A stretch of DNA of 64,000 bases from an uncultured Gammaproteobacteria bacterium. Lineage in GTDB: Bacteria > Pseudomonadota > Gammaproteobacteria > DRLM01. The position numbers and the translations under genes were made by a program. The notes below the pieces were generated by a model. That model worked only from the letters and a program-made list of their open reading frames with translations, searched no databases and was not told where the DNA came from. The DNA is taken from contig CAVSNY010000002.1 in assembly GCA_963729605.1 (NCBI GenBank), positions 224,001 to 288,000 of the forward strand. Reading direction: 5' to 3'. Of the stretch, positions 21,341 to 29,623 are shown piece after piece (the first letter of the stretch is position 1; each line of letters starts with the position of its first letter).

Positions 21341-21542
21341 CGGGATGCCGTAATTAAACTCGCTCAAATCGGCCGAGCATAGTCGGGGCCCGCGGCCATC
21401 CATGTCGATGGAGCTTGATGAACGTTAATCGAGTTGACGGCCCCGTTGCGATGTTGAGAGAGGTTGAATAGCCGCGTAAGCCTGGCCTCGTCCGTTCGGT
21501 ACAGAAAAATTCCGGAATACGTTCCCTCTCCCGGGCGGGGAG

Positions 21543-21763
21543 AGCGCCTATTTCAACGCCGAATATCCCTATAACTCCCGTTTTAAATCGCAGCGAGGGG
21601 GCGCAGCCGTCAGGGTGAGGGGAGAGAGGCGCACGGGTAGTGATGACTATTCTTTCAGCGCCCTCTCCCCCACCCCTCTCCCGCTTGCGGGAGAGGGGGC
21701 AAGAATTACGCATCAGTCCAAGTCCGGGAGGTATATCCAAGCTCCAATCTTGAAATAGGCGCT
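21543..21763. mobile_element. 221-bp MITE with 14-bp perfect terminal inverted repeats
   Basis: AGCGCCTATTTCAA (21543-56) and TTGAAATAGGCGCT (21750-63); subterminal inverted match TATA(A/C)CTCCCG; AG on both flanks; no convincing coding capacity. Confidence 0.75.
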
Positions 21764-21894
21764 AGATGGGGAGGGGCCTAATTCGTTACTGCGCATCGTC
21801 CCGGCTCGCAAGCCGGGATCCGGCGACCCGCGCGGGCGAACCGTGAAACACGCGACCGCGCCGCACTAGGTCCGCATCATTCATCGCTAGCGCT

Positions 21895-23166
21895 TTACGA
21901 GGTCTGCCTCGGCAGCAACGGCAGTTCCTCGGGCGGCATGATTAGGTCTCGCGGCGACGGCGCGGGACGCGCGAAGGATTTGCCCGGCATCAGAACCAGC
22001 GCGTTGCGATAACACTCGAGCGCCGCGTCGCGGTTGTTGATCTTTTCCAGCAGTGCGCCCAATTCGCGATAAGTTTCCGGCTGCGGGTCGCGGCCGAGGC
22101 TGGCTTCGAGATAACTTCGGGCCTTCCCCCACAACTGGCTGCGCACGCACACCCGGCCGAGGGTGAGCAGGAGCACCGGGTTTTCGGCGTGGTGTTTCAG
22201 CCAGCGTTCGGCCTGGGCGAGCTGGGCCGAAAGATTGCGCTGGGGGATGAGTCCGTAGACATACACGAGATTGTCGTTCCAGCGGCGGCGGAGCGCGTCG
22301 GCCAGCAGCGGTTCCAGTTGTTCGCCGGCGTTGTCATCGACCGCGCTCAGCGCGCGCGCGTAATCGAACAATACATCTTCGTTGCGTTTGACGTAGCGCG
22401 GCACGCGTTCCCACAGCTGGCGCAATTGATCGGCGTCTTTCTGTTCGGCGGCGCGGGTGAACAGGGCGCGGTAGGCGTAACCTTGCAATTCCTCCGCGCG
22501 GCTGACGCTAATGGCGCCGCGCCGCTCCACCTCGGGCACCAGTTCGAGCACGCGTTGCCAATCCTGGCGGGCGGCATGAGTCTCCATGAGTTTTTTAAGC
22601 ACCGCGGTGTGTTTGGGCTGTTCGCCGTGCAGGCGGGCCAAAATGTCCAGCGCGTCGTCGGCCTGCTGGTGCGCGAGCAGAAAACCGGCCTGGGCCAGGC
22701 CGACCGCCACGCCGGCCTTGGGTTCGTGCTCGTGTGCGGCGCGCAGATAGCCGTCGCGCCGCACTTGCGAACCCAGCGCCTCGGCGGCCTGCGCCGCGGC
22801 CAGATAATTGAGGGCGGGCGTGTCGCTGTAGCGCACCTGTTTCAGCAGCCATTTTTCCGCGCTCTCCCATTGGCCTTCCGCCAGCGCGTGCATGCCGCGC
22901 ATATAGGCGGTGCGGGTTTTGAGGTGGCGGCGTTGACGCTGCCAGCGCCGCAGGCGCTGGGGCAGGGCGCGGATGCCGCTCCACAGTCGCAGCGTGTAAT
23001 ACAAGGCCAGGAAGATCGCCAGCAGCGCCAGGACGAACAGCGTCAGGCTGGTCTCCAGCGTCCAGTTGCCGTAGGCGATGACCACGTGGCCGGTGTCGTC
23101 GCGCACGAACAGGGCGAGGGAGACACCGCCGAGCAGGACCAGCAGGCTGACGATGAGCAGTCTCAT
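21895..23166 (-). CDS. hemY: Heme biosynthesis-associated TPR membrane protein HemY
   Basis: True start MRLLIVSLL at 23166; GHVVIAYGNWTLETSL; ALAEGQWESAEK; LWGKARSYLEASL. Confidence 0.9.
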   Translation of the reverse strand: MRLLIVSLLVLLGGVSLALFVRDDTGHVVIAYGNWTLETSLTLFVLALLAIFLALYYTLRLWSGIRALPQRLRRWQRQRRHLKTRTAYMRGMHALAEGQWESAEKWLLKQVRYSDTPALNYLAAAQAAEALGSQVRRDGYLRAAHEHEPKAGVAVGLAQAGFLLAHQQADDALDILARLHGEQPKHTAVLKKLMETHAARQDWQRVLELVPEVERRGAISVSRAEELQGYAYRALFTRAAEQKDADQLRQLWERVPRYVKRNEDVLFDYARALSAVDDNAGEQLEPLLADALRRRWNDNLVYVYGLIPQRNLSAQLAQAERWLKHHAENPVLLLTLGRVCVRSQLWGKARSYLEASLGRDPQPETYRELGALLEKINNRDAALECYRNALVLMPGKSFARPAPSPRDLIMPPEELPLLPRQTS

Positions 23167-24272
23167 GGAACGGCCTCGCCGGATTTCTTGCCGCGCCGTT
23201 GCAACTGCCAGGCCTCGAGGGCGCGCAGGGAACCGGCGATGTCGGGCAGGGCGGGCGAGAGATTGATCTCCTGCATGCGCGCCAATTCGTTCAGCGCGGT
23301 TTGCGTGGCGGCGGCGTCGCGGTCGTAATACAAGGCGATCCAATCCCGGGCGCGGCGCAGGCTGTCGTGAAACAGGGCGGTGTTGCGGCGTATCGCCGCG
23401 GCGCGCGCCGATTCCAAGGTGAGATGCAGATTCTGTTGCAGGACATATCGCTCGTCCGGGGTCAGCAAGGCCTGCTCCGCCTGGTCCTTGTGTTTGATGA
23501 CCACCAGTTGCTTCAGCGCCTGCCACAGGTCGTGCATCACGCCGCGCCAGCCTTCGCCCGCGCCGGCGGCGGGCACGCCCTCGCCGGCGCTGGGCGTATG
23601 GGGAAAGGGCAGCCGCTCCACGCCGTCGCCGAGGGCGCCCAGTTTGAGCGCGATGCCGGTGATGTCCGGGTTGTCGATCGCGCGGAGGGCGGTGATCTCG
23701 CCGGTCAACAGGCGGCGCACCTCGAACAGCGACGGATCGTTGAATTCTTGCAGGCGCTGGTCGGCGGATTCCAGCGCGGCGAGGGTGGTGAGCAGGTCGC
23801 CGTCGAGATGCAGGCGGTCGTTGGCCAGTCGCAGCAGATAAATCACCTCGGTGGTGGCCCAACTCTGGGCGTTGCGTTCCACTTTGTCGCGCAAGGTGTC
23901 GAGCAGGTCTTCGATGGTTTGCTGCTGGATTTGCAGTTCTTCCAGATCGCTGGTGATCACATTGCTGAGCTGGCTTTCCGCCCGCTCGAGTTGTTCGGTC
24001 AGGCGCCGCATCTCCTGCCGCATCGCTTCGGTTTGGCCGGCGAGCTGGTTGTCCTGGTCGGTGAACTGCGCCTTGAGCGCCTGCTGTTCGTTCCAGATCA
24101 GATAACCGCCCGCCCCCGTCCACGCCACCAGCAGGACGATGATGATGAACAGCGGCGAAGCGAGGCTTTTTTTGGCGGCCGGACGCGGGGGCCGGGCCGC
24201 GGCGGCGGTTTCGGCGGCCGCGCCGAGGAGGGGCTGATCCTTGGCCTTGTCGTCCGGTAAATCGTTACTCAT
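23163..24272 (-). CDS. hemX: HemX family membrane coiled-coil protein
   Basis: Single TM then coiled coil; EVIYLLRLANDRL; LESADQRL; LLTPDERYVLQQNL; hemCDXY order. Confidence 0.9.
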   Translation of the reverse strand: MSNDLPDDKAKDQPLLGAAAETAAAARPPRPAAKKSLASPLFIIIVLLVAWTGAGGYLIWNEQQALKAQFTDQDNQLAGQTEAMRQEMRRLTEQLERAESQLSNVITSDLEELQIQQQTIEDLLDTLRDKVERNAQSWATTEVIYLLRLANDRLHLDGDLLTTLAALESADQRLQEFNDPSLFEVRRLLTGEITALRAIDNPDITGIALKLGALGDGVERLPFPHTPSAGEGVPAAGAGEGWRGVMHDLWQALKQLVVIKHKDQAEQALLTPDERYVLQQNLHLTLESARAAAIRRNTALFHDSLRRARDWIALYYDRDAAATQTALNELARMQEINLSPALPDIAGSLRALEAWQLQRRGKKSGEAVP

Positions 24273-25072
24273 GATCGATCCTCAATCTCTAGGGTTTGCC
24301 GGCGCCAGGCGGCGAGCGCCGCCACCAGCGCCTCGTCGCTGGCCTGGGTCGCCACCAGCGCGGCATGATGAAAACCCAATTCGCGCGCCAAGTCCGCGGT
24401 GCGGGGGCTGATCACCGCGAGTTGGGTGTTCAGCAGCCAGGCCCGCTGATTTTCTCCCGCCATGTTCAGCAGATTGTGCAAGGCGTCGTTGCTGGTCACC
24501 ACGATGGCGTCGATGGCGGCGCACGGGTTTAACTTTACCATGGCATCGAGGTCATGCCGCGGTTCGGCGCGGCGGTAGACCTCGGCATAATCCACCTCGG
24601 CGCCGCGCGCGCGCAAGGTGTCGGCCAACAATTCGCGCCCGCCGGCGCCGCGCACGATGAGGATGCGCGCGCCGGCCACCTGTTGCAGCGCGGCCGTGCC
24701 GAGCAGGGCCTCGCTGTTGTAGGGCGGCGGCCCCGCGATATCGACGCGGCCGAACCGTTCACGCAAGGCCTCGGCGCTGCGGCGGCCCACCGCCGCGAGG
24801 CGCAGCGCCGCGGGCAGTCCACCGGCTTCCGCGATCAGCGGCGCGGCCTGTTCGACGGCGTTGGCGCTGATGAAGAGGGCGATGTCGAATTCGGCGAGCC
24901 GGGCGAACAGGGCGCGGGCGGGCGCGAGGTCCGCCGGCGGCACGATGTCCAGCGCCGGCAGCAACAGCGGTTCGCCGCCGGCGGCGCGGATCAATTCGCA
25001 CAGCGGCGCGGCCTGATGCGCCGGCCGCGTCACCATCACGTTGAGTCCTTGTAATACCGGTGTTGCGTCCAT
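24269..25072 (-). CDS. hemD: Uroporphyrinogen-III synthase
   Basis: VMVTRPAHQA; FISANAV; NSEALL; RGAGGRELL; EVYRR. Confidence 0.95.
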   Translation of the reverse strand: MDATPVLQGLNVMVTRPAHQAAPLCELIRAAGGEPLLLPALDIVPPADLAPARALFARLAEFDIALFISANAVEQAAPLIAEAGGLPAALRLAAVGRRSAEALRERFGRVDIAGPPPYNSEALLGTAALQQVAGARILIVRGAGGRELLADTLRARGAEVDYAEVYRRAEPRHDLDAMVKLNPCAAIDAIVVTSNDALHNLLNMAGENQRAWLLNTQLAVISPRTADLARELGFHHAALVATQASDEALVAALAAWRRQTLEIEDRS

Positions 25073-25170
25073 GGGTCGGCGCGGCCCGTTACCGCCGCGC
25101 GAGGTTGTGAATGAGGACTCACTTTACTATTGATCGCCGCGTAAGCGAAACCGTGGCGTAGCGCCTTCCT

Positions 25171-25333
25171 CGGAACCGTTCATGATCTCGATCAAGAAAC
25201 GCGGCGCAAGGCCCCTTGGCTTATAAAGTAAAGGGCGCCCGGGAAAAGCGCGGCATACACTAGAGTATGTAAGCCTTTTGAGGGAGACCTTAATGCCGTG
25301 ACGCGTTTTTCAGCGAGCATGAGCAGGTTCTCA
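25171..25333. mobile_element. MITE-like element in the hemC-hemD gap, ending in the hemC stop codon
   Basis: Left end GGAACC-GTTCATGATCTCGATCAAGAAACGCG versus right-end reverse complement TGAGAACCTGCTCATGCTCGCTGAAAAACGCG; internal hairpin CATAC-ACTAGA-GTATG. Confidence 0.6.
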
Positions 25334-26266
25334 AGCGCGGCCGGCGTACACCGCTTGCAGTATGGCGGCCGCGCCCTTGCCGAGCAGTTCGTCCGCCAGC
25401 GCCACGCCGAGTTTTTCCGCATCGACGCGCGGGCCGCTGACCTCGCCGCGTATCACCCGGCTGCCGTCGGGCGCGCCGACCAGGCCGCGCAGATGCAGCG
25501 TGTCGCCGTCGAGCACGGCGTGGCCGCCGATGGGGACCTGGCAGCCGCCTTCGAGGCGATGGTTCATCGCGCGCTCGGCGCTGACGCGGGTGTGGGTGTC
25601 GGGGTCGTCGAGCACGGCGATGAGCTTGTTGGTCGCGGGATCATCGGCACGGCACTCGATGCCCACCGCGCCCTGGCCGATGGCCGGCAGGCTGAGCGTG
25701 GTGTCCAGATAGGCGGTGATGCGCGCCGCGAAACCCAGCCGCAGCAAGCCGGCGGCGGCGAGGATCACCGCGTCGAAGTCGCCGGCGTCGAGCTTGGCCA
25801 GCCGGCTGTTGACGTTGCCGCGCAGGGTGAGGATTTGCAGGTCCGGCCGCCGCGCGGTGATCTGGCACTGGCGGCGCAGGCTGGAGGTGCCGACCCGCGC
25901 GCCCGGCGGCAGCGCGTCGAGAGTAGGGTAAAGATTGGAGACGAAGGCGTCGCGCGGGTCCTCGCGCTCGCAGATCACCGGCAGGTGCAGGCCCGGCGGC
26001 AACTCCACCGGCACGTCCTTCATGGAATGCACGGCGATGTCGGCCCGGCCGCTCAGCAGACCGTCTTCCAGCTCTTTGACGAACAGGCCCTTGCCGCCGA
26101 TCTTGGCCAGCGGGCTGTCGAGGATCTTGTCGCCCTGAGTGCTCATCTTCACCAGTTCGACCCGCAGGCCGGGGTGGGCCGCCAACAGGCGGTCGCGGAC
26201 GTATTCGGCCTGCCAAAGGGCCAAGGGGCTTTTGCGGGTGGCGATGCGGAGGGTCTGGTTGCTCAT
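25331..26266 (-). CDS. hemC: Hydroxymethylbilane synthase
   Basis: [15 protein letters not shown]; [11 protein letters not shown]; VHSMKDVP; GTSSLRR; [10 protein letters not shown]. Confidence 0.98.
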   Translation of the reverse strand: MSNQTLRIATRKSPLALWQAEYVRDRLLAAHPGLRVELVKMSTQGDKILDSPLAKIGGKGLFVKELEDGLLSGRADIAVHSMKDVPVELPPGLHLPVICEREDPRDAFVSNLYPTLDALPPGARVGTSSLRRQCQITARRPDLQILTLRGNVNSRLAKLDAGDFDAVILAAAGLLRLGFAARITAYLDTTLSLPAIGQGAVGIECRADDPATNKLIAVLDDPDTHTRVSAERAMNHRLEGGCQVPIGGHAVLDGDTLHLRGLVGAPDGSRVIRGEVSGPRVDAEKLGVALADELLGKGAAAILQAVYAGRA

Positions 26267-26474
26267 GCGACGGCTCGAATTAATTAACGTGGGCGCCAAT
26301 CGTACGGATTGTGGGGCGGGGAGGCAAATGGGGGCGGCTTGCAGCGAGGCGCGGGCCGGGTTTTCAAATCACCGTTCGAATTCGAAGCGGTGAAGGGGGC
26401 GGACGGCAGTCCCGCGCCCACTCTTGCTATACTGCCCACCTTCTCATCCAGCAAAGCGCAGAGGGATTCCATCC

Positions 26475-27860
26475 GTGAGTAAAGAAGACGCCGGCACGCT
26501 CTGGGGCGGCCGTTTTTCCGAGGCCACCGACCGTTTCGTGCAGGAATTCACCGCCTCGGTGACGTTCGACAAGCGGCTCTATCGCCACGACATCGCCGGT
26601 TCCGTCGCCCATGCCCGCATGTTGCAGAAGGTGGGGGTGCTAAGCGCCGCGGAGTGCGAGGCCATCGTCACGGGTTTGCAGGACATACTCGCGGAGATCG
26701 AGCGTGGCGATTTCGCGTGGTCGGTGGCCTTGGAAGATGTCCATATGAACATCGAGGCGCGGCTCACCGACCGCATCGGCGTCGCGGGTAAAAAGCTGCA
26801 TACCGGCCGTTCGCGCAACGATCAAGTCGCCACCGACGTGCGCTTGTATCTGCGCGACGAGATCGACGCCCTCGACGCCGACCTCCAGCGTTTGCAAACT
26901 GCGCTGCTGGACAGCGCCGAGCGCGAGGCCGCCACCATCATGCCCGGTTTTACCCATCTGCAAGTCGCGCAGCCGGTGACCTTCGGCCATCACCTGCTGG
27001 CCTGGTTCGAGATGATCGCCCGCGACCGCGCGCGTTTTCAGGATTGCCGCAAACGAGTAAATGTCATGCCGCTGGGCGCGGCGGCGCTGGCCGGCACCAG
27101 TTATCCCATCGATCGCGCCTACACCGCGCAATTACTGGGTTTCGACGGCGTGGCGGAAAATTCGCTGGACGCGGTGAGCGATCGCGATTTCGCCATCGAA
27201 TTCTGCGCGGCGGCGGCCCTGCTGCTCACCCATCTGTCGCGTTTTTCCGAAGAGCTGATTCTGTGGGCCTCGGCCCAGTTCAACTTCATCAATCTGCCCG
27301 ACCGGTTTTGCACCGGCTCGTCGATCATGCCGCAGAAGAAAAATCCCGACGTGCCGGAATTGGTGCGCGGCAAGACCGGCCGGGTTAACGGTGATCTCAT
27401 CGCGCTGCTCACGCTGATGAAGGGCCAGCCGCTCGCCTACAACAAGGACAATCAGGAAGACAAGGAGCCGCTGTTCGACGCCATCGACACGGCGCGCGCC
27501 TGCGTGCGCGCCTACGCCGACATGGTGCCGGCCATCGAGCCCAAGCGCGACAATATGCGCCGCGCCGCGCTGACGGGTTTCGCCACCGCCACCGATCTCG
27601 CCGATTACCTGGTGCGCAAGGGCGTGGCCTTTCGCGACGCCCACGAGGTGGTGGGCAAGGCGGTGCGCTACGGCGTCGAGCAGGAGCGGGATTTGGCCGC
27701 GATGAGTCTGGATGAGTTGCGGCAATTCTCGGCGGTGATCGGCGAAGACGTGTTCGCGGTGCTGACTTTGGAAGGCTCGGTGGCGGCCCGCGATCACCTC
27801 GGTGGCACGGCGCCGCGCCAAGTGCGCGAGGCGGTGGTGAGGGCGCGGGCGCGGGTGTAG
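26475..27860 (+). CDS. argH: Argininosuccinate lyase
   Basis: LWGGRF; [15 protein letters not shown]; MPGFTHLQ; [12 protein letters not shown]. Confidence 0.98.
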   Translation: MSKEDAGTLWGGRFSEATDRFVQEFTASVTFDKRLYRHDIAGSVAHARMLQKVGVLSAAECEAIVTGLQDILAEIERGDFAWSVALEDVHMNIEARLTDRIGVAGKKLHTGRSRNDQVATDVRLYLRDEIDALDADLQRLQTALLDSAEREAATIMPGFTHLQVAQPVTFGHHLLAWFEMIARDRARFQDCRKRVNVMPLGAAALAGTSYPIDRAYTAQLLGFDGVAENSLDAVSDRDFAIEFCAAAALLLTHLSRFSEELILWASAQFNFINLPDRFCTGSSIMPQKKNPDVPELVRGKTGRVNGDLIALLTLMKGQPLAYNKDNQEDKEPLFDAIDTARACVRAYADMVPAIEPKRDNMRRAALTGFATATDLADYLVRKGVAFRDAHEVVGKAVRYGVEQERDLAAMSLDELRQFSAVIGEDVFAVLTLEGSVAARDHLGGTAPRQVREAVVRARARV

Positions 27861-27862
27861 TT

Positions 27863-28012
27863 GAAAAAAACTCAGCGCGTTGTGCTTCGGCGCATCCATG
27901 TGCTTGGACGCATCCGTGTCCGATGATGTTTTTTGGTGTTCCCCGCGCTCGGGGGCGGGGTGGTCCATTTGCGCCGCCTCTTCTTGAGAAGTCTGCATCC
28001 ATATGTCCGCCG
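27863..28012 (-). ncRNA. Candidate CsrA/Rsm-binding (GGA-rich) small RNA or 3' UTR element
   Basis: Seven GGA in about 115 nt, three of them ANGGAUG, two in short hairpins; ends in a T7 tract. Confidence 0.4.
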
Positions 28013-28149
28013 TACCGGCGGCTTTTCATTTTTCATTGAAAAGGCAAACCACCTCGTTACGCGTCCACCTCTCCCTCCACGGAACCTCTCGTGGGCTTCG
28101 CCGACACCGCGATGGCGCGAATGTCAGCCTCGTGCCCAATCCGAGCGGA

Positions 28150-28252
28150 ACCACTCTGTCGGCTTCGTCGCCACTCCTCCTTGGAAAGGGAGGGAAATTA
28201 ATTTTTTCTCCCCTCCTCTCCGAGGAGAAGTGCCCCGCAGGGGCGGGGTGGT
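28150..28252. repeat. Inverted REP-like doublet (ACCAC...CTCCT..AGGAG type)
   Basis: Left arm accactctgtc..ccactcctccttggaaagggaggg and right arm cccctcctctccgaggagaagtgccccgcaggggcggggtggt are imperfect inverted copies around an AT spacer. Confidence 0.6.
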
Positions 28253-28379
28253 GGGGCGGGGTCTGGTATGAACATGATCGCGGCCGCTACGCCGCCGTAG
28301 CAAGCGCGGCCAGGGTGCGATGCGCGCCGCGGCGGGTGGCGAAAATCGTGGTGTCGTGAACGACGGGCTTACGAAAAAT

Positions 28380-29213
28380 CTAGCCGCCCTGTTCCAGTTC
28401 TTCGCGGGCGCGGCGCAGCAGCTTGGCGCGGTCGTCGCCCTGCTGCCAGTCGGCCACGCCGAATTGGGCGGCGAGTGTCATCGGCCGGCCGTCGCTGCCT
28501 TTCGGTTCAAGCTGACTCAAGCGCGGTTGCAGTTTGTCCTTGAGCAGCCGCGCCGCGTCGCCGGCGGTTTCCGGCAGCACCAGCAGAAATTCGTCGGCGT
28601 CGAAGCGGCCGATCATGTCGGCCCAGCGCATTTGATCTTTTAACATGTGGGTGATGGCCACCAAGGCGATGTCGCCGCTGCCCTTGCCGTGGCTGGCATC
28701 CAATTCCGGCAGGTGGTTGACCCGCAGCCGGATCACCGAGAGCGGGTTGTGATAACGGCGGCTGCGCGAGACCAGCGGCTCGATGCCTTGCAGCAGGGCT
28801 TGGCGGTTGGGCAGGCCGGTGAGCGGGTCGCGGGTGTCGTGTTGGGCCAGTTCCTCGCTCAAGCGCGCCCGTTCGTCCAAGGCCTCTTGCAGGTCGGTGA
28901 TGTCGGCGTAGTAATGCACCGAGTAGCCGGCGTCCGCGCCGCTGCGCGCGCGCCAGGTTTGCAGCCAGCGGGCGGGGCGGTCGCCGTCATGCTCGAGATG
29001 CAGGGTGTCCGCCGGATTGAACACCGCGCCGCGCCAGGGGGCTTGCAGGCCGTCTTGGCTTTGGCCGAGCAGGTCTTCGCGGCGCGTGCCCAGCAGTTGT
29101 TCGGCGGCGTGGTTCAGCCAGGCGACGCGCTGGTCCTTGTCGATGAGGATGACGCCCACCGGGGCATTCCATAGGGTTTCGGTGGCGAGTGCGGGGTCGA
29201 GTGCTGGTGTCAT
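28380..29213 (-). CDS. PAS + degenerate GGDEF protein
   Basis: N-terminal PAS (PVGVILID..WLNHAAEQLLG); DPLTGLPNR; RWAD I-site; active site reads GRFDADEF. Confidence 0.88.
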   Translation of the reverse strand: MTPALDPALATETLWNAPVGVILIDKDQRVAWLNHAAEQLLGTRREDLLGQSQDGLQAPWRGAVFNPADTLHLEHDGDRPARWLQTWRARSGADAGYSVHYYADITDLQEALDERARLSEELAQHDTRDPLTGLPNRQALLQGIEPLVSRSRRYHNPLSVIRLRVNHLPELDASHGKGSGDIALVAITHMLKDQMRWADMIGRFDADEFLLVLPETAGDAARLLKDKLQPRLSQLEPKGSDGRPMTLAAQFGVADWQQGDDRAKLLRRAREELEQGG

Positions 29214-29623
29214 CGGCTAACTCCCTGGGTAATGCTTCGATATAGCAGAAGCGGCGCCTGTCAGGCAAGGACGTCGCGGCGCTGTCCCCGCGTTACAATG
29301 GCAGTGAGGATGCATGCGAGCCCGGCCTCCATGAAGATGGGTGGTTCGATGTGGGTTCCCGAGGGCGCGCGACGCGGAGTGGTCGCGCCGTGCAAGACAT
29401 GTCGGCAAAGGAGTAGAAAACATGACTGATAATATCCATGTGGCGCAGGAAGGCTCCTGCGATCCGGATAATCCTTGAGTTTACGGGCGATCCGCCCTTC
29501 GTGAGCGGGGCCGTTCCGGTTTTTGCCGCCGGGCGGCGGATCGCCGCAACTTGACTCTTTGGCATCACATTATTGCTCCAGCTTCACCGGGCAGAGCCGA
29601 TAACGGGGCTGGGTGAATCTACT

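Noticed and set aside
21354-21740. 128-aa ORF in the reductase-hemY gap
   Set aside because: Reads through REP/MITE hairpins; no protein-like features.
23167-24123. N-terminal extension making HemY 742 aa
   Set aside because: Off-frame shadow of hemX (Arg/Pro-rich); HemY starts at 23166.
29550-29580. sigma54 or CRP site before cyaA (TGGCATCACATTATTGC)
   Set aside because: GG-GC spacing is 12, not 10, and only a TCACA half-site is present.
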